DNA of 64,000 nt from Lingula anatina (lineage: Eukaryota > Animalia > Brachiopoda): assembly GCA_051362555.1 (NCBI GenBank), contig CM120640.1, forward strand, positions 70,720,788 to 70,784,787, written 5' to 3'. The notes under the pieces are model-generated. The model was not told where the DNA came from, made no database searches, and saw only the letters and a program-made list of their open reading frames with translations. This document shows positions 26,501 through 39,300 of the stretch, piece by piece. The first letter of the stretch is position 1; every line of letters starts with the position of its first letter. The translations under genes and the position numbers were made by a program.

Positions 26501-28768
26501 CGAACAGTCATAAGTTAAACCGTTTTACCTTACTAATGATGTCTTTATTAATTATGTAGGCAACCTCAGCTTGAAATGTGGACGGTAGATCTGAGAACAG
26601 GCAGAGGTGTTTGCCGGGTCGGCCTTGTCTTTCCCAGGCGTGGCTGTAATAGGCTGAAACCAAAGACTTCAGTGACTCCGATATAGACATCTCATCCTAG
26701 GAGAGTAAGTAAAATAAGTTGATTGCGTCTGTATATTATCACTACACAGTTTAAAGAACAAATAAAAGACCAAAAAGACGCATGCAGAGAATTATATGCA
26801 ACCATGAGCCTTCATCTCTTACATTCTTGGTATTTCTTATACGTGGATCTGTTGAATGCATTGTTCTTACCATGTGACTTCTGATCACTGCTAGCTTGTG
26901 TAGATATCGTGCTCTTCTGGCATCAGATATTGTTATCAGAGATGTCATTCCTTCCAGCAACATGCCGAAGAAAACTCCAATACCTACCAACATGGCAGCA
27001 ATGGAGTACCATTTCTCCAACACAGTGGCGCTTTTCACATCACCGTATCTGGAATAGTCATTAATGGAATGTCTTTCTTTTCTGATGTTCATGGTTGATA
27101 ATAGGAAGGAAACAGGAAATTTGAAGGGGCAAAAATAATAGATTTTTAAAAGATTAAGATCAATTAAAGGAATTCATATTAATAATATGTTAATTAATGT
27201 ATATACTTATTTAATAATCACTTCTTAAAATAAGCGAATTCGTTCCCTGCGGTGAAATCAAATTCGTTGATGACCGCTTGGAATGAAAAACATTTGTCGA
27301 CATAGCAGATAAAAAGATCAAAATTCAGACTCATACAAAAATTAGAAGATTATAAATAAAAAGAAAGAAAGAAAAAAGAAAGAAAGAATGAAAGAATGCT
27401 CGAAGCGTGAATAGTATAAATGACGTATTGGTGCCGCTCACCCGGTGGATGTGACAGTTGCTGTTCCCCAGTACAGGGATATGACATAAGCTCCTAATGG
27501 CCCCATGGTTGTGATGTTGAAGTCTAAATAGAAGTAAACATAAACACATCTAATTTTGAAAAACTGACAGAAAATAAGTTAAATTAATACACCTCGGCAA
27601 CATCAAGGTTCTATGATAAAATTGATATTATTCACAATTAGTATTGGCATTCACAATGTGTAGACCCATGTGTAAACGTTTTCTTTAATTTTCTGCCAAG
27701 TGTAGATAACAAGAACTGAAGATATGTTACATCGTACACAAGTCATATTAATTTGTTTTGTTTCATTCCCTACCAGTTTGTGAAGTCCAGCTCCCAGGCT
27801 GGCAGTGTGGGAGCAGCTGCCTGCAGTCACAGCTAAGGGCATACCAGCCGCAGCTTACCACATGTGTCACCACAACACATATCGCTGTATACTTCATAAG
27901 GCGGGTAGCTGTGGCATTGCTGCTCAAGTCCGACTCTCTTCGGTCTGCAGTGGCGTAAAAGTGTGACAAATGAATTGATATATTTATAATATTCTAACAG
28001 CTAATAATATTTCTATTGCGGAAAATACATTTCAGCACTGCCCTTTCCCATGAAAGTTACTTTAATTTGAATATTGATACGTAAGCCTAATTGAACATAC
28101 CATATATATTCATCGTAGTTCCAATTGACATCAAAATGGCTCTAGCACATTATTCTTTAATTATTGGTATAATTTCAACAATACATGTATTTAAAGATGT
28201 ACCTAGGAAACAGAGACTAAAAAATACTTAACAAATACAGCATTAAAAAAAAGCGAATGATAATCACGTAATTACCAAAAAACAAAGGTATTTTGTAAAA
28301 TCTTAGCAGTCGATTCATTCTTAACTGTCCCACCAAATGCCATCCCGGTGTAGAGGAGTGGATGATGAAAACAAAAAGATCTGTGGGAAATGCTGACATC
28401 AGGTCAAGAACAATCGCTACAATGAATGTTTTCCTCCTCCCTTTCTTGTATAGAGCAGCTCCGTTGGCTACGAAGGCGGCGTGAAAGTGAAGAATAATGT
28501 CTGCTACAAAAATTATATCGCAGATGTAAATCACCGCCAGTTGCACTTGGTTTATGGCGTTGCCACCCTCGTTGCAGAACGCGGCCTCGTATGGCACGAA
28601 GAGGCAGGTTACGATTATGGATAAGGTTACCACCCAATTCCAGCTCTTTCGAATTGTTCGTCTTGAATTGTTTTCACAAACCATTTTGTCGGCCTCCTGT
28701 TTTTCTGCTTCGTCTTCGTGCCACATGGATTCCTGTGTGAAAACGCGCGCTCTCTGACGTAAGCGCAT
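11543..28768 (-). CDS. CNGK: Four-repeat K+-selective cyclic-nucleotide-gated channel (CNGK/tetraKCNG-like), ~40 exons
   Basis: Phase-consistent GT-AG exons give four 6TM+C-linker+CNBD repeats. Pores: R1 SLYWGTATVTSTGYGD (27523-27442 joined to 27048), R2 SLYWAAVTMTSTGYGD (~22990-22747), R3 SLYWATATSVSVGYGD (~17523-17420), R4 CVYWCVATVTSTGYGD (~13726-13608). CNBD cassettes: FGEVYLVFSVVRTHT, FGEMGMLFKEKRTAT, FGEIALLFSCPRTAS, IGEVNLILDDPKPAV. First in-frame ATG at 28768 (start uncertain); TAA at 11543. Confidence 0.9.
12820..13045. mobile_element. PIF/Harbinger-like MITE, family A copy 2
   Basis: taa-GGGTGCATTCCCAGAGATTT...AAATCTATGGAAATGGGGTG-taa; TAA target-site duplication; near-identical to 21607-21831. 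Confidence 0.8.
13443..13593. mobile_element. Short MITE with internal TTATCC-n-GGATA palindromes
   Basis: Imperfect 25-bp TIRs cagggcctagttccatcaacactga / tcagtgttgaagaagctgggcccag. Confidence 0.6.
17712..17967. mobile_element. PIF/Harbinger-like MITE, family A copy 3
   Basis: tta-GGGACCATTCCCA...TGGGAACCCAGTC-tta; the target site is positions +2..+4 of a channel splice donor (GT at 17971). Confidence 0.8.
18730..19063. mobile_element. Academ-like MITE
   Basis: ~37-bp near-perfect TIRs TAGAATTGGGCTCGAAATACGGACACCGTTGGAAACT / AGTTTCCAATGGTGTCCGTATTTCGAGCCCAATTCTA; TAG...CTA termini are typical of Academ. Confidence 0.7.
21607..21831. mobile_element. PIF/Harbinger-like MITE, family A copy 4
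   Basis: GGGTTCATTCCCAGAGATTT...AAATCTATGGGAATGGGGTC, near-identical to 12820-13045; target-site duplication degraded. Confidence 0.75.
22568..22804 (-). repeat. 82-bp tandem triplication spanning a CNGK splice donor
   Basis: Three copies of the exon end (YGYCVAIIAALLANADVAR) plus gtaag; functional donor at 22746. Confidence 0.95.
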
Positions 28769-29294
28769 CACTTGAGGCGGGAGCACGTGCGTCGTGTAGT
28801 ATGACGTTGTGTAGTATTCTTTATAGCAACTATGTAGACGTCATCCGTCTTTATATAAAAATACGGGAACGTAGTCTACTGTTAGCACGACTAATTTTAT
28901 CAAGGTGCACATGGTTGAAATCTTCCGTCAATTAATTATTTTTGTTCCGTGTAGTCTCTGCGTATCATTAGAATCATCTATAGAGATGAATCTTTTGTAA
29001 CTTTCAACATTTCTATAGGCGAGAGAAAAGATGAGCCATTAATTCTTACTTTCCACTGAGTTCACGATCCCCGATTTCTCTGCATATTTATAAGCATTTT
29101 AACAAATTGTTTATTCTCTTATAATCTTGGCTTTCTTTTTGTTTTCCCAAATAACAGAAGTTGTAGTAGATGTGATGCAAGTATCATAAATCTTTTGAGT
29201 GAGTAATATAGATTAATTAACCGACGCCTTTGAGTGAAGTTGAAAATCCTAGCTAATTCGATGCAGGATGCAGACGGGCCACGCGATACTGTTT

Positions 29295-29317
29295 TGTTTA
29301 CGCGTTGCCTCGGCAAC
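29295..29317. promoter_or_regulatory. Forkhead site plus palindromic RFX X-box between divergent genes
   Basis: TGTTTAC at ~29295 next to GTTGCCTCGGCAAC at 29304-29317; second X-box-like GATACCATAGAAAC at 29762. Confidence 0.6.
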
Positions 29318-29816
29318 CAACCTCTGAACTTTTGTGCAATCCCTTTCGCAAACGTTGTCTTGCCAAAACTGGTTGAGCCCATCTGTTCTTGGAACCAATA
29401 ATTTTATAATTCTTAGAATATGTGAGCAATGATTTTCACCAAACATGTCAGTCTAAAAAGGATATTTTCAAAATAAAATCTTTTACAGTTTTCAAGCCTT
29501 TGTGTTCATATTTCAATTTATATTCACTCGTTCTCTGACCAAGAGCCAATGAATAATTGTTCCTTCTACCAAGAAGATTTAGTGTTTTCCATTTAAGAAG
29601 TTTCTTTTTCTAACATAAAGAGCATTTCTCAGAAAAGGGTTCTTGCCCTTGGGTTATCAGAAATTCATGCCTGGGATTACAATGAAACATTTTCGAGGAA
29701 AACTCGAGCGTCGTTGTAGGGGGGTTTAAGTCTGTCGGTAAGCGGCAAGAGGTCAAAGGCAGATACCATAGAAACAATACCCTCTCTCTACTGGTGGTGG
29801 TGCACCACTTGACAAA

Positions 29817-31535
29817 ATGGCGTTGTATTGGGAAAGAAGTTGCTTTTGCATCTCTGGATTATTTCTGCAAGTGCTGATGTTGTTTCCCTCTCTGATGGTG
29901 ATACTCGGACAGAACACGACAACAGTCTCCACAGACAGCAACAGTAAGACATTTTCTAATTTCTTCTACTGAAGGTTTATTTATATCTGATATTGTTTCT
30001 ACAAACAGACAAATGGGTCAAAATCATCTTCTCAGAGACAATTGTTCAGCAGCACTTGCCAAAACAAAATATTATCATACAGTGAAAAGGATTAATTCAT
30101 GTCATCTTGAAGGTTTTTAGGTATCTCTAGCTTAAGCGATTAAAATATTTTATCCAATTGTTTTAGTTGAGTTAAAACAGAGCAAAAACATGTTTTAATA
30201 TAATAATTAGATACACAGTGTATGTTGCGTTGTATCTTAAATTTAGAGCCTGTTCGTATTCGCAAGACTACTAATGGGCCATATAGATTTTGTGACTGAT
30301 CAGGACTGAGGCAAAAGAAAATTCGACTAATGTACTTTTTGGTTATCACTTTGACCATCACATTTCTATTAATTTATCGGAAGGGAAACACGGGCATCGA
30401 GTACTGGGTATTATAAATGAAATCCAAGAACACCTTTGTTGTTTTGTTGGCTAGGCACTCCTTAAAAAGCAATATTACCGCAAGATTAAATTCCAATTAT
30501 AATGAACTGTTTCGCTACCAACGCTACCCGTTACCACGTTTTCAATGTTTTTGTTTTGGTTCAGCATGGATCCTGAGCATTGTAGCAAACCGGGAAACAC
30601 ATGCGCAGAGCGTTAGAAAGGTCGCCAAGTTCATACAACTTGTTACGTAGAGACCGGTTACACTACCCACAAATACTGAATTTCCTTGAAATTGTAAAAC
30701 ATTTTTGTTGGGGAAAGATAAAGGGCAACTTGGTCTGTAAAATCTATAACGGGATATACGTTTGTTCTCATTTCCTACACAGAACGGGACGTAAAAAAAC
30801 AATAAAATCCCAATTTCATTTTAAGAGCTGAATGTTTCTGGTCTTAACAAAACTGAGCGTGGTTCCACGCCTACAACAACACCAAAAAATTATAATAATC
30901 CACATTGTCTGTCTGTCTGTCTGTCTATGATAATTGCGTAATTTTGAAGGTTTTTGGCATCAAGTTTTATCTTTCATGGCTGTCAAAAATTAAATAATAT
31001 TTTTAAAAAATATTTTGAAAGCACATACGGCCTTTACTTAAATAGTTTTCAATATTTGATACAAATGAAAAATCTCATTATTTGCACTTTCTGTATTTTC
31101 AATAAATTTTGCAACATTTCAGATGTGACCGTTGATCAGCAAAACGACACGCTCTTTGACAATTCTACAGTCACGGTGGACATTTCCGGTAATTTTACCG
31201 TGGCACCGGATAACGGGACTTTGGGGGCAGGGATGATAGGCCAGAAAAACGACACCAAACTCCAGAAACTGACGGATGGCGGGATGTCAACGGGCACAGT
31301 TACTACAATCAGTGTCTTGGCTACTCTGGCAATTGTCGTGCTGGTCATCGTGGCCGGATTATTGATATATACCAAAGGCAAACTATTCATTCTGTGTAGA
31401 AGACGCTCTGCCAACGTGTCCCCTCACGAACGCCTGGAGGAACAGGCGGCTGAAGGTACCCAACAAGAACAAGAACAAGTGCCGGATTCTGTAGCTCAGA
31501 TAGAACCGCAACTGAGGCAGGAGGGGACAGGATAA
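29817..31535 (+). CDS. Orphan 179-aa type I membrane glycoprotein (signal peptide, N-glycan/Thr-rich stalk, TM, acidic tail)
   Basis: Exon 1 29817-29943 (caaaATGG; MALYWERSCFCISGLFLQVLMLFPSLMVILGQNTTTVSTDSN; phase-1 gtaag). Exon 2 31123-31535 (ttcag; TM ISVLATLAIVVLVIVAGLLIY followed by RRR). Total 540 nt in frame. Confidence 0.8.
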
Positions 31536-33342
31536 TGCTAGGGTGGAGCATGGAACGCAAAACGCAGGGTTACAGCTTTTTACAAAGAAACAAATCGACT
31601 TCAGCGAAAGAAAGTATAACAAGCAATCCATTGTGCTGCTGCAAGAGAGACGAACTTTGAAATGTGATCTCCAAGACATTACGCTAAAATTAATCAAGTG
31701 GATTGAAGCGAGGTTTTCCGATTAAGCACTTCTTTTTCTCTTGTAAACGTTGCTGTTAAGACGCATTTAGGCCTACAAAGAATAAACTAATATAAATAGC
31801 ACACCACTTAACCGTTGACTCCTAAGTAGACGAGACAGCTTCATTGAGGAACGGTAAACCTGTCGGTAACATTCTGTCTTTTACTCGATATACTGCACAG
31901 ATTAGTGCTACCTCATTTTATAGCGAACAATTGAAGTAGTAGCAGATGTTGGGAATGGATGGCAACACTTTAACTGTACATATTGCCAGTGTATAGACAG
32001 TGGGTTATCTTGTATCTCTTTTCTCTCACAAAGCCATATATAGCAGCTGTTCATATGGGTTTTTGCATTGGCTGTTCTCGGAACTTTTCAAAAATTGGGG
32101 CAAAGAAAGAAAACAAAGCTCTTCAACAATATACGTTTTGTCATATTTCCATTCATTGCATTAATAAGTATAAATGCCATTGCCGAATTAGACAAAGAAA
32201 AGTATCGAAAGCATCTCCAAAATTTGATTCTTAAAAGATATGAACAAAATAAGACTGCTTTAACGTTGATACTGAAACGCATTTGAAGGTTTCGCCGAGA
32301 TTTCTGTAGTCATCACGTACAAGGCGCGACCAGATTTTTTGCCACCCTGCAACTCGAACATTATCTTCAGAAACGGATATTTTTTTCGCATTTACCGGAA
32401 TCAATGAAAACATTGCCGAACTCGAATGTTCGCGTAACTCGGCATATTTTCTCCGCTCTCAATGTCCCAGATATGGCGAGTTCACTGCAATTTTCTCAAA
32501 TCTTAAACAGTGTACTTATCATCGCGGAGAACAATGTCTAGCTCAAGTTTATTACGTATCATAATATTGTTTCAAAATAGAGGCGCAATTTGGTAGGTTT
32601 CCAAGTTTGTACTGCACTTGTTACAAAAGCAAAGTAGGTCAAACGGGACGTCATGTCGCCTATCTTTCCCGCATCGCTCTCCCACAAAACTACATATTTA
32701 AAAACTTTTGAGACATCCTTCTCATAGACGCTTACAATATTACTAACTCTATAACACAGAAGCACGGCGTCTCCACATGAACGCGGATTTGTCTTTATTG
32801 GACACATTCATTCCAGTCCGTGATTAAACGGATTTCTCACATAATTCTATTACAAAAGTTGTGTTAAAGACTCGTCACATGAAAGCTTAGTCAATCCGAA
32901 TACAGACCAAGGGCTGTTACAAACTAAGAGATTATGCAAGCCAGAGCAGAGTGGGATCTGCACACACAAACATCTTAAACAAACATTAATGAGTATAAAA
33001 ATCGACGCATTATTAAAACAATCACAATCTACTTATTGTGTCTTGCGTGAATGTCTTTACTAATAAAATTACTTTGCAATAAATATCTTTGTACATTATT
33101 CTATTCTATAGCTGAGAGTTCCAGTTTGAAATTTCTCCAAGTGTTGTGCATATGTCACAATATATTGTTCTTTAAAATCTAGGAAAGATGACACACTAAA
33201 ACAGAAATTACAAATATTATTGTAGTACAAGAGTAATTACATTAAATGAAAAGCAAACTGAACGGTGCCAGCAGTTTTTCTAACATATGATCTGTGTATT
33301 GATTTCAGAAACTGCACACATCAAGTTAAAAGAAGTCGGACA

Positions 33343-36300
33343 TCAGCTCCCCAGAATGGTGAACTGTTCATAGTCAATCTTTTGGCGTAGAACTCCAGTC
33401 AGGACAAACTCCGCATTAAAAATAGCTGGAAAAGGAAACAAAATTATTCATCACACTGTCTCATTGTTTTAACCATTTACATTCTGGTTGGGGGCAGGGT
33501 AATGTTGATAAGATTAATGGACTTCAATCACATCATGCAAAGGACATTGAACTAAAAGCAAAAGCATGATAAAAAAACTCACAAAATCTCAAGTCACTTG
33601 TCTTCATTCTTACAAGTCAAGGTTTTAAGTATTGACTTAAATGCATAAGTCGCACACACACACACAGCAATCTGGAAAGCAGCACTACTTACGCAATTTC
33701 CGAGACGTGAGGTCCCTGACAATATGCATGTCTGCATCACAGGTAACCACGATGAAGGCAGGCTCCCCCTAGAAGGTAAATACATCTTACTACACTGGTA
33801 GATTTAGCCTAGATTATCATGACATTAAATAGTTTGGTGATTTTCAATCAGTCAAGGACAATACTAAAGAAGAAGCCAATATTCAGAAACAAGTCTTAGA
33901 CTGCTAGCTGTACAGTTTTCTGTGGAACCTACTTACAGCTGCAGTTTTTCTCCCCATGATGAACCTGGCAGACGGCCGCCTTGCTACCACCTCCCCTCCT
34001 GCACTTTCTACAATGGTCTTCAGCACCTTCTTATCTGGGGCAACACTTGGGGTGATATAGAACTGAATTCCCTAGAACACAAAAATATTTATATTCAATT
34101 CTGTGTAAATGTTCAAGAGACTACAATAAAACAATGTTGGAGATTAACAACACTTTCAGAAAAAGATACAAAAAAATGAACTGGTGTAAACAAGAATTAC
34201 ATCATATTGCTTCAATCACATAAGGACACTTATACAAAGTGACTAACAATACATACCTGAAATAATTTCTTAGATCGTGCCCGCTGTAACGACACTGCCA
34301 GTTCACAACCAATAGTTCCCTCTGCCTCCAAATCCTTCAGAGCGAATCCACTCTCATCTGAAATTAATTAGTTTACAAAAAAACACTAATTTCACATTTT
34401 CAAAACTGAACAGCAAATTAATTTCTGACCAAGTATCATATCTTACTTATGAAACATGAAGATGTTTCCCCAGGTAACACTGTTTATCAATGGTTCATCA
34501 ATTAGTGAGAGATTATTGTGTGAGGATGAACGATAACACTACATAAACTTAAAAGCAGTATCACAGAGATCCTCACAATTTCTTCTAGGAAAGCATCAAT
34601 ACAGCACTACACATCTGAGTAGCTCTGTCAATCAGCTTTCCATAATACTATTGTCTATCCCTTTTTTCTTCTTTTTTCTTTGACAAAATATAAAAACAGG
34701 CAGTAACCAGTGATTTTCTAACCATCAATTTCTAAGTTTCCCACCTAGAAAGTGTCCCTGGATACTGCTCTGGTCCAGCCACTGTGTGGTCACAATGTGC
34801 TGACACGTGTTGATACAAATCAGAAACTTCACCGTCCTGGCAAGCTGATTGGTCACCAGGTGAGTGGCTGCTGCTGGATCTGTGGTCACTGTTCCTCCCA
34901 AAGCTTCTACTTGCTGAATAGAAAAATTAGGAACAAATTAATGTATTTACAGCTCTGGATTATCTATAAAAAACAGTTCTGTTCAGCTTTGATCATCTTC
35001 AACAGATAACTTACTGATTACAAATCAACCAAATTCACCACCAATGATGAAAGATAATAGCCAAAATATCATTATTTGCTTTGATTATGCAATGTTAAGA
35101 AATGTTTAAAAAATGTAACTTCATTGGTTGTTGAAATATGCACAGGCATTTTAAATGACAAGTGATGACAATAAATAAATTCAGGTATGTTTGGGTGCAT
35201 TACTTCAAGTGAAAAATTGGGGAAGAGTCTAGAAAACCAACCAAACAGTCATGATGCATTTTACATTTATTATTTGCCCTCTGTACCTTGAATGTTTTAA
35301 TAATATAAACAATAAAACCCTACCTCTTCCATCTTTGTCATGCGTCCTTTTGGTATCCCTGTAAAGATGACAACTGGAGCACCAGGAATTACTGGAGTTG
35401 TTCTGAAGTTTAAATAACAATGTCTTTCAAACATAAATCAAAACTTTTCACTTAAATCATCTGAGCACATCATCATGTTCAATTTTGGTCAATAACAATA
35501 TAAATTTCAAGTACATATTCTAAGATAATTTTTTAATTTCAACATTCTGGAAACCGGTCACTATTGAAACCATGATCCTGGAATTTCATGTTAACCCTAA
35601 CTGCCATTTCCCTATAATTACCTAGGTCTCTTGGCAGGTGGTTCCTCCCTGGCTTCCTCCAGTTTTCTTTTATTATTCCCACTCACAGGATCTCCCTGGT
35701 TCACTCCTGCTGACAACTTCAACAATGGATTGGGGACAAAACGCTAGCAAATAGAAAAGATTGAAGTTCTTTTATTTTTTGAAAAAACAGCTGTGCCCTG
35801 TTTCTAACTGTCAAACATAATTATAACCCTATGATTCTCAAATCAAATTGACAGCTGCATTTGATAAAAACTTGAAATCAAGTTAAACACTGCTCACCTT
35901 CCATGTATCTTTGGGGATTTTGAGAGGGACTTTCCAACCAACTGAAAAGGAAATAAAAATCTGGGTTAACATAAGGATGCTCAAAATGCCATCTCCAGAG
36001 TTTAATCACAGAAAGATCTGATATTCAGATTTGATATCCAGTCACAAAAGTCACATCAAAGGGAACTTAAAAAACCAAATAATTTTAATAGTCATCACTG
36101 CTGGTAAATTTCATTCCCTGTTTCATACAGACTATACCAGACAAATCTTATGTAGGAAATAATGCTTAAAACTTGTGAATTCTGAACCAGTTCAGTCTTT
36201 GTAACATACTGAGCCACTGTGAGACCCTCCAGGCATCCACACGAAAGTCATCCTCCAGGTTGTACTGCTGGTATCTGCTGTGTACAGGAAGTTTGAGGGC

Positions 36301-39300
36301 ACTCATGTGACCCAGGACAAGGTCATTCAGCCACTGGACATTGACTACAGGGACTTTCCATTCCATAGCTTTCTCATATTTAATACCTTGTAACCTGAAA
36401 TACATAGTTACAAAAAGGTAGAAACAACATAAATACACAAAGACAATGATATCTTCTAAATAATCTTCAAGAGACTGTCAACATTGTTCAAAGGTCAATT
36501 AACAATGATGACTATAATTGCATCAGACGTGAAGTTTTTTATTTTACTTTTTTTTTCACTTAATTCAATATGAAGTTTCCTATTAAGCAGTGCAGATGAA
36601 ATTTTTTTTCAAGTTGAAAGTAAATATATTCAAATTTGATCCCTAATGGAGGCCTTTAATTGGTTAAATATATAAACCACTAAAATTAGTCCTCTCTTGA
36701 ACAAATGCAAACTAGTTGGAAGCACTTACCTCTTCACAATAAGAGCCGAGTGTGAGTGAGCAAGAAATCCCACATATTTGGCACCAATGATTTGAAGCAT
36801 GTGTTTTATTCTAGCTCTCTCTGCTCCAACAAACCCAGACACAGATATCAGCTGCAAAACAATGAATTACCATTAAATAGTAAACAGTGAATTATAATCA
36901 TAATAGAACTGAGGAGTTTTATTTTCAAAGTCACATACTATATATTGTATGCTAACTTGATCCTTGCTCATTTTAGTCAAATTTAAACCATTTGGAGAAA
37001 TAAGTGATGAAAAAGTAGTGTTTTGGTTAAGAGAAAAAATTCATACATGAGCCTAGGTTAGGAAAAAAAATGAACATTTATTTTATTGCAGATCTTAACG
37101 AGTCTCAGGAACCATCATAATTTAATTAAAAAACGCGAAATTCTGCCTTTCTGTAGAAAAAGCTCATGTCAGAAAATTGCCAGCGCTACCCCCGATTTGA
37201 TATCGCTGACTGTGACAGTGCAGTTCAAACTGTGTGCAGTAATTCACCTGGTCAGTGCAAGGTTTCTGGTGTCCGTGGACAGAGGGAAAGTGAGTGGCCA
37301 GCCATGGTGGCAGCATCTTCTTCCTGTCCATCACATCACTTAACCAGTGGGCAGTGACCACTCTCTTCTGGTCCTTCAGGGCCTGAAACAAAGATTGAAA
37401 TTTTTTATATCATCCAGATAATTCTAAACTAGTTTAAAAATGATTGCAAAATACTGCTGCTTTACATCTTTTGTTTGGTTACAAACACAATTCAGAGCAG
37501 GCTACATATACATATTATTTTTTGTGGATCATCACAGGTGTGTAAACAAGGCAGCTGCTACTTACCAAGGCAAAGACATCACTCTCCTGATGCTCACACA
37601 GCAGGTGTGTCACCCTGTTGGAGTAGGAGGTGTCCACCTGGCCACCATGTTGACTGATAGCCTGGAAATAGGACAGCACACAGAATTTACTATATAGTGA
37701 AGTCAACCTATACTGGGTGTCAATGAACCAATGCTGGCTCTTTCATGGACTGGGGAGTCCTTTGACAAAGTCACTGGCCACTTATCATTTCTGCAGTGCA
37801 GAAAACAACTACACAGTTATAATGTTGACTGATAGCCTGGAAATAGGAAGTGTGACCCAAGGCAGAGTAGTGCAGGGCTTTTATACTAGAGCCTTTTGGC
37901 AGAGTGCCAGCAGGTAAAACTATTCACCTTAATGACAGGTAACACTACTCACTATAATGCTGAACAGTACTCTACAACTCCTTTTAGCATTCAATAATTG
38001 CAGCCCTTCATGTGATGGAAGTTTATCATTCTAGTCTGTGAAATAATTCTATAAAGATCTAAGTTATATATGACAGTCAGAGAAAAAACAGACAGGCAAA
38101 GAACTAGATGATCTTCTCACCTTTTTCCAGACATCCAACTGCTCTTGTTCCATATATTTGTTGTAGTCAGCTATGTAGAACACACAGCCAAGGAGACACA
38201 TATCCTCTGGGACTGCAAATATGATGGACTCAAATAAGGAAACATAAAGATACCACAGAGAATACTCCAATATCTGGGTTATATCTCACTGCACTCACAA
38301 ATTCATGAATAGTTTTAAAAACATGTAAAACATACACAGACTCTTCATTCAAAGTTTGCATGACCAATAATATCTGAAACCAAACATGGCACATTTTTTC
38401 TTACCTCTTTCACTGCCATCATGGCCATAGTATATTGCCCCCTCCTCCTGCAGTTTGGCTGGGAACTGGCCCCCAGGTCTTCCCTTGGGTGACTGGGAGG
38501 CAGAGCGACTGATTGAGTTAATGATTTGTTGAATCTAGAAACCAAAAATGAAAGTGATTTTCCATCATTGTTCAACGCTTTCACTAAAGCATTTTTCTCA
38601 AAATTCAACTTTAGACCAGTGAAAAATGAGTCTTTACCAGCTGGTCTTTAACCTTTACAAAAAAAATACTCACTTACAACAAAATTTTCATTTTCTTTCC
38701 TCTCCATGGAGGCAAGAAGGTCAATATCATGTCTATATTAGCCAAAAATGACTCATCTGTAGTGCAGTTTACAAGACCTTTATTTTTACCTTCTCTGTAT
38801 TCTGTCTGTTGGTTGCCACACTGGTGTCAGCATTATTAGTAATATTCCTGAGTGTGCTTCTTCCAGGGGACCCGCTCCTGGGAGAGTTACCCCCTGACCC
38901 AGGGGGGGTACCAATGTTAGCTAGAGGAGGAGGAGGAGGCCTCCTGTGTAGTTCTGCTTCAGGAGTCTCTGACACTCTCCCGTTCGCCTGCATTCTATTG
39001 TTCACCATTTTAGCCAAAGCTTCTCTGGCAGTCTGGGACTCCTGGGGCGTCACTGGCATGTGTCCCATCCCCTGCTGGAAGCCTACTCCATGAGGAGGGG
39101 TCTGGGGGAGGTACTGGTAGGGGGGTGCTTGCATGGGGTGGTGCATAGGCATGTGGAGTGGGTGGTGCATCCCTGTAGCAGGCAGAGGGGAGGACTGCTG
39201 GTGTACAGGGAAGAGAGGCCTCTGTAGTCTATATGCATGGGACGGGGAGTGCTCCCTTAAGTGATGTGGTTGCTGGTGGGGAGGTACCCCCTGGGGTAGC

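Noticed and set aside
11543-28768. Interpretation as four separate tandem HCN/EAG genes
   Set aside because: Linker exons between repeats splice in frame with no stop codon or new start.
30954-31122. N-terminal part of the 193-aa ORF
   Set aside because: Read-through intron sequence with a non-ATG start; the real exon starts at 31123.
31983-32930. Short ORFs and a CpG-rich stretch between the orphan gene and PAXIP1
   Set aside because: No splice-consistent model or recognisable motifs; possibly a repeat fragment, but termini could not be defined.
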